A DNA stretch of 64,000 nt from an uncultured Planctomycetales bacterium. Its GTDB lineage: Bacteria > Omnitrophota > Gorgyraeia > Gygaellales > Profunditerraquicolaceae. The translations under genes and the position numbers were made by a program. Under the pieces are notes generated by a model. That model was not told where the DNA came from. It was given only the letters and a program-made list of their open reading frames with translations, and made no database searches. The stretch spans positions 1,027-65,026 of the forward strand of contig CAYPRG010000003.1 in the NCBI GenBank assembly GCA_964413025.1, given 5' to 3'. Each line of letters starts with the position of its first letter. The first letter of the stretch is position 1. Positions 24,609-34,637 of the stretch are shown in pieces.

Positions 24609-27392
24609 ATGAAGAATAATAAGATTCTCTGTACGGTAGTTATGTTATTTGTTCTTACCTGTTTACTCACTGTATGCCCGCTTAAAAGCAGTGCTGCAGA
24701 AAAGGGCATCGAATGGGTAGGGGCCTGGGCGCATGGCAGCGCAAATGCCTGTATAATTAAAAACATTACTTGTTATGTGGGCGCCGGCGGAAACATTGAC
24801 ATCTGGGATATTTCTAATCCAGGCCAGCCATTAAAGTTAGATACCATCACTACGCAGGGTATCATTATGGATTTTGCCATGCGGGATAACTTTCTGTTTG
24901 CCGCTGCTGGTTGTGATGGGGTACTTATTTTTGATATTTCGGATTCAAGGCACCCGCAAAAAATTTCTGCTATTACTTCCAGGGATTGGGTTTCCTCGGC
25001 GCCAGTTTTTGAAAATTATCTTTTTGTATGCGATGATGACGCAGGCCTGTATATCTTTGATATCTCTGATCCTAAGAATCCTAAAGAAGTTTCCCGGCTC
25101 AACGCAGACGGCCCTGCTAAACATATATCCGTACAAGATAAATACGCATATCTTGCTACCGCCAGAGGCCTCCATATCCTGGATATTTCAGATCCTAAAA
25201 TACCTAAAGAAGTGTCACGGTTCAACACTGACGGCCCTGCTGAATATATATTCCTCCAGGGCAAATACGCTTATGTCGCGGGCGACGAAGCGGGGCTTTA
25301 TATCATAGACATCTCTAATCCTTTTAAGCCTAAAGAAATATCTACGTTCAGCACTGACGGCAAAATCAAGTGTTTAAGCATTAAGGGTAAATACGCTTTC
25401 CTTGTCTGTAAAGAAACGGAAACAGGGCTCTATATCCTGGATATATCCGATCCTAAAAACCCCAAGGAAGTATCCCGTTTTAATACTAAAGGCGGTTACC
25501 CGAGGTACATCTTTATTAAAGACAACTACGCTTATCTGGCTTGTAAAGAAGAGGGAATCCATGTTTTAGACATCTCTGACCCTTTAAGGCCCAGTGAGGT
25601 TTCCAGGTTCAGCCCGGGAGACACAACTGAAGACATATCTCTCCGAAACAAATACGCTTATGTTGCCGGTGGCGAAGCGGGGCTTTATATCCTAGATATA
25701 TCTAATCCTTTTAAACCTAAAGAGGCACTTAGATTTGTTACCACTGGCTACCAGACCAGAGGAATATATCTCAAGGATAACTACGCTTACCTGGCCCATG
25801 ATGAACCAGGCCTCTACATTCTAGACGTTTCCGATCCTTCAATGCCAAAAAAAATTTCCCGTACTGGTATCAGCGGCCATGCTAATGATATCTTTGTCCG
25901 CGGTAACTACGCTTACCAGGCTTGCGGAGAAGCAGGGCTCTATGTTATGGATATCTCTACTCCCTCTAACCCCAAAGAAATCTCTCATTTCGGCGCTGGC
26001 GGTAATGCTAAGCATATATCCATTCAAGGCAAGTACGCTTATGTTGCTTACGAAGATGCGCGCCTCTATACTCTGGACATATCTGATCCTTCCTACCCTA
26101 AAGAAGTATCTCTATACACTGTTGATGCTAAAATCAATAGCTTGGCCATAAGAGACGAATACGCTTATCTGGCTTGCGGCGAGGCAGGGCTTTATATTTT
26201 AAACATATCTGATCCTAAAAAACCCGAAGAAACCGTTCGGCTTAATACCCCTGGTTTTACCAAAAAGGTATTCCTGCAAAATAAATACGCCTATCTTGCG
26301 TGCGGCAATGCTGGCCTCTATATTCTTGATATTTCTAACCCTAAAAAACCTAGAGAAGTATCCCAGCTTAAAACAATTTACAAGGCCATGGATATACACA
26401 TCCGCGGTAACTACGCTTATGTTGCGGGAGGCGAAGCGGGATTCTATATCCTGGACATCTCCGATCCCAAGATGCCTAAGGAAGTGTCACGGTTCAATAC
26501 TGACGGCCCTGCCGTATATATCTGCCTCCAGGGAAATTATGCCTATATTGCCACCGACGAAGCGGGGCTCCATATTTTAGATATCTCCGATCCTTTAAGG
26601 CCTAAAGAGGCATCCAGGTTTAGCAGGGACGGTAAAACTAAAGGCCTGAGTATCCAGGGTAAATACGCTTATTTTACTTGTGATGAAGCAGGCATTTCCG
26701 TCCTTAACATTTCTAATCCTTCTTACCCTAGAGGAATCTCCCGATTTAACACAGACGGTTATGCTAAAGATATATATTTCCGCGGTAACTACGCTTATGT
26801 TGCGGGAGGCGAAGCGGGATTCTATATCCTGGACATCTCCGATCCCAAGATGCCTAAGGAAGTGTCACGGTTCAATACTGACGGCCCTGCCGTATATATC
26901 TGCCTCCAGGGAAATTATGCCTATATTGCCACCGACGAAGCGGGGCTCCATATTTTAGATATCTCCGATCCTTTAAGGCCTAAAGAGGCATCCAGGTTTA
27001 GCAGGGACGGTAAAACTAAAGGCCTGAGTATCCAGGGTAAATACGCTTATTTTACTTGTAAAAAGGCAAACGCAGAACTCTATATCCTGGATATCTCCAA
27101 TCCTAAAAGCCCCAAGGAAATAGCTGGCTTCGATGGCCTTGGTCAAGACATCGAAGCTATTTCCATACATGATAATTATGCTTACTGGGTAGGTAATAAT
27201 TCGGCGGGTGACAACAGGAATCTTTGTATCCTGGATATCTCAAGTATTGTATCTATTCCGGCAAAGGCTCCTGCCTGCTATCGCCTGCCGGATCGCATAC
27301 GTAATTTAACTTTCCAAGATAAAGCAAATTATACTTATATTTACATCGCAAACGATGACGCAGGAGTACAAATCCTGCGTCATCTGAAATAA
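24609..27392 (+). CDS. Secreted LVIVD-type beta-propeller repeat protein (20 recognisable repeats)
   Basis: Signal/anchor VVMLFVLTCLLTVCPL. It has 20 xLDISDPxxPKEV-type units. The N- and C-terminal caps match the upstream gene (IEWVGAW ... YTYIYIANDDAGVQILRH). Confidence 0.8.
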   Translation: MKNNKILCTVVMLFVLTCLLTVCPLKSSAAEKGIEWVGAWAHGSANACIIKNITCYVGAGGNIDIWDISNPGQPLKLDTITTQGIIMDFAMRDNFLFAAAGCDGVLIFDISDSRHPQKISAITSRDWVSSAPVFENYLFVCDDDAGLYIFDISDPKNPKEVSRLNADGPAKHISVQDKYAYLATARGLHILDISDPKIPKEVSRFNTDGPAEYIFLQGKYAYVAGDEAGLYIIDISNPFKPKEISTFSTDGKIKCLSIKGKYAFLVCKETETGLYILDISDPKNPKEVSRFNTKGGYPRYIFIKDNYAYLACKEEGIHVLDISDPLRPSEVSRFSPGDTTEDISLRNKYAYVAGGEAGLYILDISNPFKPKEALRFVTTGYQTRGIYLKDNYAYLAHDEPGLYILDVSDPSMPKKISRTGISGHANDIFVRGNYAYQACGEAGLYVMDISTPSNPKEISHFGAGGNAKHISIQGKYAYVAYEDARLYTLDISDPSYPKEVSLYTVDAKINSLAIRDEYAYLACGEAGLYILNISDPKKPEETVRLNTPGFTKKVFLQNKYAYLACGNAGLYILDISNPKKPREVSQLKTIYKAMDIHIRGNYAYVAGGEAGFYILDISDPKMPKEVSRFNTDGPAVYICLQGNYAYIATDEAGLHILDISDPLRPKEASRFSRDGKTKGLSIQGKYAYFTCDEAGISVLNISNPSYPRGISRFNTDGYAKDIYFRGNYAYVAGGEAGFYILDISDPKMPKEVSRFNTDGPAVYICLQGNYAYIATDEAGLHILDISDPLRPKEASRFSRDGKTKGLSIQGKYAYFTCKKANAELYILDISNPKSPKEIAGFDGLGQDIEAISIHDNYAYWVGNNSAGDNRNLCILDISSIVSIPAKAPACYRLPDRIRNLTFQDKANYTYIYIANDDAGVQILRHLK
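26401..27059 (+). repeat. Perfect 281-bp direct duplication with a 378-bp period (three propeller repeats) inside the LVIVD gene
   Basis: 26401-26681 is identical base for base to 26779-27059 on reading (tccgcggtaactacgcttatgttgcggg ... aaatacgcttattttacttgt). The offset of 378 bp equals 126 codons. Confidence 0.9.
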
Positions 27393-27412
27393 AACCCCTT
27401 AAGGCCGCGTTA

Positions 27413-28201
27413 TTAGCTCTGGCCTTCTTGCACCTCAGGAGGCGTCTCTGCCGCGGGCGACTCTTTTTCTATGCTTACTTTATTCCCGTTAATTGTTGCA
27501 TCTTCAAGAATAAGCAATTCAGTGCTTTTCGCTTCTTTCTTAGTCTCAGCATTATACTCAGAAAAGGCTTCGTCGGATTTGACTTTTCCCACGCCTGGCG
27601 CAAGCCATATAGTCATTGTTTCTTTACCGGATTCCGGCCTATGCACTTTTTTAAACTCATAAACCGAACTAAACTTAAGGCAATCTTTGAATTTTCCAAT
27701 CGGGGTATCTATGTCTTCTACTGAATCCAACGTTATGGTTAACGTCCCCTCTTCCATGGTCCCCTCAGCCACAACATCATCAATATTAGACTGGGCACTC
27801 TGAATCGGATATGTCCTGCTCTCTCCTAAACTAATATTCGGAAAAAGCATCTTCGGCGGGCTACAAACTTCATATTCACCGCCAGACCATCCCCAGTATT
27901 TATACATCTTGGCCCCTTCGTCATCAATAGCTATGCATTTACTGATTGTTTTATTAGAGATCACTTTTACAGTCTCAACTTCTCCGATTTTCTCTGTGCC
28001 TTTCACTTTATTTATTTCCTGGTCAGTAGTTTCTACGCCATTCTCCCCATTCTTCATTTTGTATACCCAAGTATTTCCTTCAGCTAGAGGAAGATATTCT
28101 TGTAAATCATACGCCAAAAGCACGCCCGTAAATAGAAATAATGCTCCCGCTGCGCAGGCTAAAATATTAAATCCCCTTAAAATCAAATTGTCCAGTTTCA
28201 T
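27413..28201 (-). CDS. Secreted protein of unknown function (paralog of 21619-22464)
   Basis: Signal-like N-terminus and the same conserved blocks as 21619-22464. A strong RBS sits upstream on the minus strand: aaaaGGAGGggaataaaATG. Confidence 0.75.
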   Translation of the reverse strand: MKLDNLILRGFNILACAAGALFLFTGVLLAYDLQEYLPLAEGNTWVYKMKNGENGVETTDQEINKVKGTEKIGEVETVKVISNKTISKCIAIDDEGAKMYKYWGWSGGEYEVCSPPKMLFPNISLGESRTYPIQSAQSNIDDVVAEGTMEEGTLTITLDSVEDIDTPIGKFKDCLKFSSVYEFKKVHRPESGKETMTIWLAPGVGKVKSDEAFSEYNAETKKEAKSTELLILEDATINGNKVSIEKESPAAETPPEVQEGQS

Positions 28202-28285
28202 TTTATTCCCCTCCTTTTAGCAAATTCCTTCATTAGATTTATTTTAACTCTTTTTGCGGGATATTTCAAGCTAAATATGGATACC

Positions 28286-30319
28286 CTATCTCGTTACCTT
28301 ATCTGTTCTTAATATCCTGTCTTTTACCTCTTTCAACAATGCCTTTGCCTCGGCATCATAAGGGTAGTTACGGATTGACTTTTCAAGGAGCCTCTCTGCT
28401 TCCCTATATTTACCGTATTTTATGTAAATCTTTGCCAGGCCGGTGTATTTCTTATATTCGATATCGGGATTAATCTCGATGGCTTTCCTGAAATTATCCT
28501 CTGCGTCCTTTAATTTACCCTGTTTTAGATAAAGCAACCCCAATCCTTCATAAGGGCAGGAATATGAAGCGTTATTCACCTTTAAAGAGCGGAATAATAA
28601 TTCTTCCGAGCTCTTGTCGTATCCTTTATTAAGATAGACCATCCCTAAGCCTGCCAAAATATATTCGTTATCCCTGTCTATATCCAACCCTAATTTAAAA
28701 TACCTCTCTGCCGCGTCATACTCGCCTAACCCGATGTAGGCATTACCCATGCTCGTTAAAGCAAGTATCTGCAAGGGCTCTCCCTTTAAAATCTTTTTAT
28801 ACCATCCGATAGCATCTTGATACCTGCCCTCATTGGCGCTTACCCAACCCAGCCCTAACATCGCCATAGTCCTGTCTTCATCTTCTGTGTTGCTCTGAGC
28901 AAGCTTTAAAGCATCTTCGAAATATTTCTTTGCTGATTTGTATTCTTTTTTTGCGTTAGAAATGTGGCCCATGCCTATCAGCGAAGAAGAATTAGCGCCA
29001 TAATCCTTTATTAGGTTGTTAAATATAACCTCTGCTGCAGCGTAGTTTTCCTGTATGAGTAAAATGAAGCCTTTTAGCCGCAAAATCCGCGCCTTATCTT
29101 CAACAATACTATGGAAAGACAAAGCTTTTTCTACATTATAGATTGCTTTGTCTATCTTACCGACCTGGTAATAGTACCTGGCTAGATTATAGTAGCTTTC
29201 GTAATTAAAAGGCTGCCTTTTGACCATAGTCAGAAAATTTTCTTCTGCTTGAGATGCCTTCCCCAGTTTCCTATACACCAGGCCAAGGCCTTCATAGGGG
29301 CAAAAAAACCGGTTAGGGGGGATTTTTTTTATCGATTCTTTGTACCATCTCATCGCTTCAGAGTAATTACCCTGCTCGCCGTAAACATCGCCTATATAAA
29401 CATAAATATTGCTGTAGGTAGGATTTATCCTGATCGCCTCTTTGTAACATTTTATCGCTTCAGAATAGTTGCGCTGTTTTCTATATATAATGCCCAAACC
29501 ATAATAACTTTCGGGGACATAAGGCTCTATCCTGATCGCCTCTTTGTACATCTTTATTGCCTTATCGTATTTACGCTGTTTGCTGTATACATTACCAAGG
29601 CCAAGATAGCTTTCGGAATTATAAACATTCACCCTTAGCGATTCTTCATACCTTTTTATTGCTTCATCATAACTACCCATATTCTCATAAACTCTCCCCA
29701 TATTCGCATAAATGTAACTTCTATCAGGCTCCATCCTGGCTGCTTCCCTGATCCATCTTAGAGCTTCGCTATAATCGGACATGTTCGCGTAGACATTGCC
29801 TATATCCACATAAATACTACTGTCTCGCGGATCCAACCGGATCGCTTCTTTGTAATATTTTATTGCCTCGGCGTAATTGCCGGCATCGGCGTTAACCAAA
29901 CCAAGGCCCCTGTAGCCATAACTACCACCGGGAGCTACCTTAACTGCCTCTTCAAATAATCTTGTTGCCTCAGCGAAGTTATCCATATCATTATAAACAT
30001 TGCCCAGGCCGTAGTAACCGCGGACATCAAGGGGGTCTATCTTAATTAATTCTTTGTACCACTTTATGGCCTCATTGATTTTCTGCTGCCTCCTGTAGAT
30101 ATTGCCAAGGGCATAATATAAATTATTATCTTTATGGCCAGCCGAAAGTGAATCTTTCAGATATTTTATTGCCTCATCGTATTTACTTTGGCTCAGATAA
30201 GCCTGAACCCGGGCTTCGTCATATGAAAAAACTAAATCGTAATTGTAAAATGTCAACAGTACAGGCAATACAATCAACAAAATGAATTTACCTTTGGATA
30301 TAGACAAATGGGTACTCAT
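28286..30319 (-). CDS. Secreted TPR-repeat protein (subtype B, fifth paralog)
   Basis: TPR periodicity and two CPYEGLG motifs. The ORF track extends to 30442. The Met at 30319 (MSTHLSISKGKFILLIVLPVLL, signal-like) sits 4 nt after the upstream stop at 30324. Confidence 0.85.
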   Translation of the reverse strand: MSTHLSISKGKFILLIVLPVLLTFYNYDLVFSYDEARVQAYLSQSKYDEAIKYLKDSLSAGHKDNNLYYALGNIYRRQQKINEAIKWYKELIKIDPLDVRGYYGLGNVYNDMDNFAEATRLFEEAVKVAPGGSYGYRGLGLVNADAGNYAEAIKYYKEAIRLDPRDSSIYVDIGNVYANMSDYSEALRWIREAARMEPDRSYIYANMGRVYENMGSYDEAIKRYEESLRVNVYNSESYLGLGNVYSKQRKYDKAIKMYKEAIRIEPYVPESYYGLGIIYRKQRNYSEAIKCYKEAIRINPTYSNIYVYIGDVYGEQGNYSEAMRWYKESIKKIPPNRFFCPYEGLGLVYRKLGKASQAEENFLTMVKRQPFNYESYYNLARYYYQVGKIDKAIYNVEKALSFHSIVEDKARILRLKGFILLIQENYAAAEVIFNNLIKDYGANSSSLIGMGHISNAKKEYKSAKKYFEDALKLAQSNTEDEDRTMAMLGLGWVSANEGRYQDAIGWYKKILKGEPLQILALTSMGNAYIGLGEYDAAERYFKLGLDIDRDNEYILAGLGMVYLNKGYDKSSEELLFRSLKVNNASYSCPYEGLGLLYLKQGKLKDAEDNFRKAIEINPDIEYKKYTGLAKIYIKYGKYREAERLLEKSIRNYPYDAEAKALLKEVKDRILRTDKVTR

Positions 30320-30323
30320 ATTT

Positions 30324-31544
30324 TTATCTTTCCAATACATCTGATAACTCAGAAAGCGCACGGGAAATCTTTTTAATATGGGATTCGCGCATATTATCAA
30401 AAATAGGCAGTTGTATAGCATTCGCGTACACTTTATTAACACTAAGGTAATTGCCGTTTAACCCTATAGCACAATTATTAGTGATCTCCGAATAAATCCC
30501 GCAATCTACCCCTTGGAACAGAAGCCTCCTGCGTAGCCTATATAAATTTAGGCTATTACTCAGAATCCTTATTACATAATAATAGTAAGTCCTGCCACAG
30601 TTGGCCAAAGCGTCATCCTGAAGCGCCAGATACTTACTGCCTTTTAAATATTTACTTAACGAAGCTGCGTTTTTTTTACGTATCTCATTCGCCTTATCCA
30701 GGCGAGCCAATAATTTTAAACCGATAAAAGCCTGCAGATTAGTAAACCCGTATTCGCCTGCCCTGGCTTTATGGGATAAAAATAAATAAAATCTGTCTAT
30801 AAGGTCTGCGCTGGCCTTAAAGGAAAAAAGAAAAGCAAATAAATAGAAAAAAGGCGTCACTGTTAAGAAATACTCCAGATAACAAAATAACACCCTCTTG
30901 AATAAAGAGGCCCTGGAAAACGGCAACTTGCTTATTCTCTTTCTTATGAAATCCGCTGTTTGTCCGTCATTAGTAGTGACCACGCCTCCGCCAAAGGTGT
31001 TTAGGTTCTTAATAAACTCTAGGCTGAAAAAACTATCGTGACCCGACCCTACTTTTTTATTTTCATATTCACTGCCTGCAGCATGGGCGCAATCTTCGAT
31101 AACTTTCAGGTTATATTTCTCAGCAATACGTTCAATATCACGCAGGTTACATGGTAAGCCAAAAAGATGTGTGGCTAATATAACTTTTGTCCCGGGGCTG
31201 ATAAGGGCTTCTATGGCCTGAGGATTAATATTAAACGAACCCTCATCGATATCGCCAAGCTTAGCGACAAATCCTTTTTTTGTGATTAAATCAACTAAAG
31301 CCTTCAGTGTATAAGCGGGGATAATTATCTCATCCCCCTTTTGCAGGTTACAAGCTTCTAATAATAGCTCCATCCCCTTCTTCCCGGAAGGCGTGGCAAT
31401 CGCAAACTTGCAACCAATATATTCAGCGAACCTTTTTTCAAATGCCTCAATATATTCACCTTGGCAGACTTTGCTTGAGAGAAAAAACCTGGCTATATCA
31501 AATAGTTGCCCCCGGTAAAAACGTGGTTTTCTTCTTGGAATCAT
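30324..31544 (-). CDS. DegT/DnrJ/EryC1/StrS-family PLP-dependent sugar aminotransferase or dehydratase
   Basis: Motifs present are FEKRFAEYIGCKFAIATPSGKKGMELLL, GDEIIIPAYT, IEDCAHAAGS and SFFSLEFIKNL (candidate PLP lysine). An unusually hydrophobic insertion, VLFCYLEYFLTVTPFFYLFAFLFSF, is also present. Confidence 0.7.
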   Translation of the reverse strand: MIPRRKPRFYRGQLFDIARFFLSSKVCQGEYIEAFEKRFAEYIGCKFAIATPSGKKGMELLLEACNLQKGDEIIIPAYTLKALVDLITKKGFVAKLGDIDEGSFNINPQAIEALISPGTKVILATHLFGLPCNLRDIERIAEKYNLKVIEDCAHAAGSEYENKKVGSGHDSFFSLEFIKNLNTFGGGVVTTNDGQTADFIRKRISKLPFSRASLFKRVLFCYLEYFLTVTPFFYLFAFLFSFKASADLIDRFYLFLSHKARAGEYGFTNLQAFIGLKLLARLDKANEIRKKNAASLSKYLKGSKYLALQDDALANCGRTYYYYVIRILSNSLNLYRLRRRLLFQGVDCGIYSEITNNCAIGLNGNYLSVNKVYANAIQLPIFDNMRESHIKKISRALSELSDVLER

Positions 31545-33040
31545 TATAACTTTCTATTAAAAGAATACCCCAGCAGATTACTTAATCTTGCGGCCACATT
31601 CAAATTAAAAATATAAAAAAAGAAATAATTAAAAAAATGCTTCACCAGGAACCCGGGATTCAAGAAAACACTGGCATAAAAGCTGTTTTGCAGTTTTATA
31701 AGGTCTTCTGAAGGCACCTGGCTTAAATTGACAGCCGGCTTAGCATAATGATACATAGGATTAACTTCCGAAATTCCTATTTTATCCTTAAATTTTTCAT
31801 GCGCTGAAGAACCGGGAAAAGCGGTGAAAAAACAAACTTGCGCGAAGCTGGGTTTTAATTCCCTGGCAAGCCTTATCGTTGCTTCTATCTCCGGCCTTGT
31901 TTCGGAAGGATTCCCGAATAAAAAAAGCGCCCCTGCTTCGATTCCTACCTTTTTCATCAATGAAAAAACATTTTTACTGCGTTCTGCCCAATCGGATATA
32001 TTTTCACCGGCTTTTTTAATAACCCTGATTATCCTGTCAGAGCCTGATTCAACCCCAAATCTCAGGAGGACACAACCAGACTCTTTCATTATTTTCAACA
32101 TATCCAAATCAACATTATCTATCCTTGCATGGGCCGTCCATTTAATTCCTGCGCGCATTTTTTTCAGGCCATCGCAGATAGCGTATACATGCTGCCTGGA
32201 AGTAGTAAAATTATCATCATCTATAGATATAACATTTGCGCCCATTCCGGTCAAATAAGCCATCTCTTCTAAAATATTATCCACATTCCTTATTCTGACT
32301 TCCTTCCCATAACTTTCTCTTATAGTCTGAGAGCAAAATATACAATCATAGGGGCAGCCCCTGCTTGTCAATATATGCCCCCATATCACCTTTTTCTTTA
32401 TTTTTATAGGATAGAAAAAGCTGTATTTCTTAAAATCCTCCCTAGAATACCGGGGATAAGGAAGCATGTTAAGGTCATCTATAAACACCGTACTGCTATC
32501 GCGATTATCTAATGAATAGAGCCCCCTGACACTCGCAAAATCCCTGCCGCTATTTAATTCTTTCAATAGCTGGATCAAAGAAAGCTCGCTTTCCCCCTTT
32601 AAAACAAAATCTACAGGCGCCCCCTTAAATATATATTTCTCCGGAATAGCTGTCGGTTCCTGGCCTACCGCAACAATAACCGCCCTTCTATCAATGCTCC
32701 TAATCCCCATCGCATAATCCATCGCCTCTTTTGCATCCGGAGTCGTAATTAATATTACAATCATATCCGGCTCAAATTTTAAAGATTCATTTATTGCTTT
32801 ACTTAAATTTAACGGCCGTATCCAGCAATCCATTAACATAGTAGAATAATCATATTTCTTCAAAAGTGATTCCATATATTTAAGCGTATATGGCGGACGG
32901 ATATTCCGGGGATGCCCGACTTCGCTGATTATCCCCGGGGCTAACCTCATTAATATAACTTTTTTATAACCCTGTCCAGCCAACAACATTTTAGAACCTC
33001 CATAAAACTCAAAGCCCCTATCTAAAGGCAGAAACATCAA
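31544..33040 (-). CDS. Cobalamin-binding (class B) radical SAM enzyme
   Basis: TSRGCPYDCIFCSQ follows an N-terminal alpha/beta domain. The start is ambiguous: 33040 overlaps the upstream gene by 23 nt, and the Met at 32989 (MLLAGQGYKKVILMRL) is also plausible. The junction with the next gene is TAATG. Confidence 0.85.
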   Translation of the reverse strand: MMFLPLDRGFEFYGGSKMLLAGQGYKKVILMRLAPGIISEVGHPRNIRPPYTLKYMESLLKKYDYSTMLMDCWIRPLNLSKAINESLKFEPDMIVILITTPDAKEAMDYAMGIRSIDRRAVIVAVGQEPTAIPEKYIFKGAPVDFVLKGESELSLIQLLKELNSGRDFASVRGLYSLDNRDSSTVFIDDLNMLPYPRYSREDFKKYSFFYPIKIKKKVIWGHILTSRGCPYDCIFCSQTIRESYGKEVRIRNVDNILEEMAYLTGMGANVISIDDDNFTTSRQHVYAICDGLKKMRAGIKWTAHARIDNVDLDMLKIMKESGCVLLRFGVESGSDRIIRVIKKAGENISDWAERSKNVFSLMKKVGIEAGALFLFGNPSETRPEIEATIRLARELKPSFAQVCFFTAFPGSSAHEKFKDKIGISEVNPMYHYAKPAVNLSQVPSEDLIKLQNSFYASVFLNPGFLVKHFFNYFFFYIFNLNVAARLSNLLGYSFNRKL

Positions 33041-34637
33041 TCACATACCACTCCCCGTATTTAAAAATATAGTTATTTTTTGAAAAATCCAATAATACAT
33101 AATTTTTATCCTTTATAAAAGCAGGCGCAAATCCAAGAAGATTTTCATATTTAGAATATCGGTCATTATTAAAAAATCTCCCTGTATAGCAATTTTCGTT
33201 AAGAATAAAATGCGTTATTTTATATTTTTCGCAAAAAACCTTAACTTCTGCCATAGAATCCGAGTATAGCACGCGGAATAAATCCTGGGTCCTTTTAACC
33301 GCATCACCGAAATATCTTTTATGAAAAACTTCATCTATACCGCCCGATATAACCAGGACTTTTCTCTTAGTAAAAAGCGGGATAAACCTTAAATCATTCG
33401 GCTCGCCTGCAATCATTGAATTTACCGGCAGAGATTTTACATAATCGAAAAGGGTATCCTGCTTGACCACATTAACGCAGTCAGATTTAAATAAAAGAAT
33501 AAACAGCACAAACAGCAGCAGATAAATGGATTTCCTTAAAGCCCTTGATGATTTAAATTTATTGATAATTTTGTAGATCGCATAGGACGAGGTGAATATG
33601 ATCAGCAGAGGTATAGAAAAAATTATTTGCCTAGAGGGATAGCGAAATTTAAAACCTATCCAGGGGAATAGGATTTCCAGCAAAAAGAATAAAAAAACAG
33701 ATACAGCTATAAAAATAAAAAACATCCTGAGCCGCTTCCATTCTTCTTTATTTAAAATAAAGAAGGAAAATAATGAAAGCGGCAATAATACAAACGTAAA
33801 ATACCTGTACCCATCGCTGTGTTCAAGAATATTAAAGAAACGGTTAAGAAAGCAGGTATTAGTAACCAAAAAAGAATATGTCTTATCCAGCCCATTTTGA
33901 AGCATATAATTATAATCCTGAAAACTTAAAGGCCCCCCCAGTGAGACAGCGCCCTTAGCCAACATTGAATAAAATAATAAAAAAATAGAATAGGTAAGCC
34001 CAAAAATTAATGCAATATAATATAATTTCACTTTTAAGGGCAGCCCTTTTTTAAATAACACAGAAAATACACAAGTCAAGCTGACTTGAGGCAGCAGTGT
34101 GGGATAAAAAAGCGCGGATATCAAAACAAAAAATACTGAGGCCTTAACATTATTTTTAATAATATAATAAAGAAAAATACAACTAATAGTAAGCCCAAAA
34201 CTTCTTTGCAGGCCGCCAAAAAATGTATCCATGGTAGGGACATATAACAAGAAAACATAGGAAACCAGGAAACCGAATGCTCCGTCTTTTAAATATTTCC
34301 CTATTTTAAAAATAAAAATCGTTGAAACTATTGAGAGTAATATCGGTAAAAACTTTAAAAAAGGCAGTAAGGGCAAATACCTGGTAAATATCTTTACCAG
34401 GTATTGATACCCGCTCGCTGTGCTGTATACAGAAAGCCTGCACTCAGCCAACAAATCTCCCTGAAAAACTGTATTGTCATTTAATTGATATAAATAATAA
34501 TGTTCTCCCACATCCGGGTAAATAGAATATTTATTCGTAATTTCCGGGAAATGGATGTAAATATTGACAACAATAGACAGAATGATTGCGGCGATGAAAT
34601 AAAGATTTTCTTTTTTAATACCCGTAAAAAATTTCAT
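33018..34637 (-). CDS. Polytopic membrane protein with a soluble C-terminal domain, possibly GT-C-like
   Basis: Many hydrophobic segments followed by a hydrophilic C-terminus of about 150 aa. The Met at 34637 gives an ATGA start/stop overlap with the upstream gene. The ORF track start at 34682 is probably over-extended. Confidence 0.45.
   Translation of the reverse strand: MKFFTGIKKENLYFIAAIILSIVVNIYIHFPEITNKYSIYPDVGEHYYLYQLNDNTVFQGDLLAECRLSVYSTASGYQYLVKIFTRYLPLLPFLKFLPILLSIVSTIFIFKIGKYLKDGAFGFLVSYVFLLYVPTMDTFFGGLQRSFGLTISCIFLYYIIKNNVKASVFFVLISALFYPTLLPQVSLTCVFSVLFKKGLPLKVKLYYIALIFGLTYSIFLLFYSMLAKGAVSLGGPLSFQDYNYMLQNGLDKTYSFLVTNTCFLNRFFNILEHSDGYRYFTFVLLPLSLFSFFILNKEEWKRLRMFFIFIAVSVFLFFLLEILFPWIGFKFRYPSRQIIFSIPLLIIFTSSYAIYKIINKFKSSRALRKSIYLLLFVLFILLFKSDCVNVVKQDTLFDYVKSLPVNSMIAGEPNDLRFIPLFTKRKVLVISGGIDEVFHKRYFGDAVKRTQDLFRVLYSDSMAEVKVFCEKYKITHFILNENCYTGRFFNNDRYSKYENLLGFAPAFIKDKNYVLLDFSKNNYIFKYGEWYVIDVSAFR

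Noticed and set aside
23310-27170. Numerous 60-150-aa ORFs antisense or out of frame within the LVIVD genes (for example 23310-23768, 23362-23907, 24874-25308, 26296-26580 and 26680-26958).
   Set aside because: They lie entirely inside two long ORFs with strong repeat-protein signatures. Their length comes from the periodic, stop-poor repeat sequence, and they show no independent motifs or start context. I treat them as shadow ORFs.
22900-27200. Regular repeats of about 126 bp that at first glance resemble an array such as CRISPR or a satellite.
   Set aside because: The periodicity is in frame (42 codons) within uninterrupted ORFs. There are no short invariant repeats alternating with unique spacers, and no cas genes are present. 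This is a coding beta-propeller repeat, not CRISPR.
27401-27426. Possible bidirectional terminator hairpin (AAGGCC-N14-GGCCTT) between the convergent LVIVD and 262-aa genes.
   Set aside because: The stem is only 6 bp with a 14-nt loop, there is no U-tract, and it overlaps the 3' end of the minus-strand CDS. It is too weak to call.
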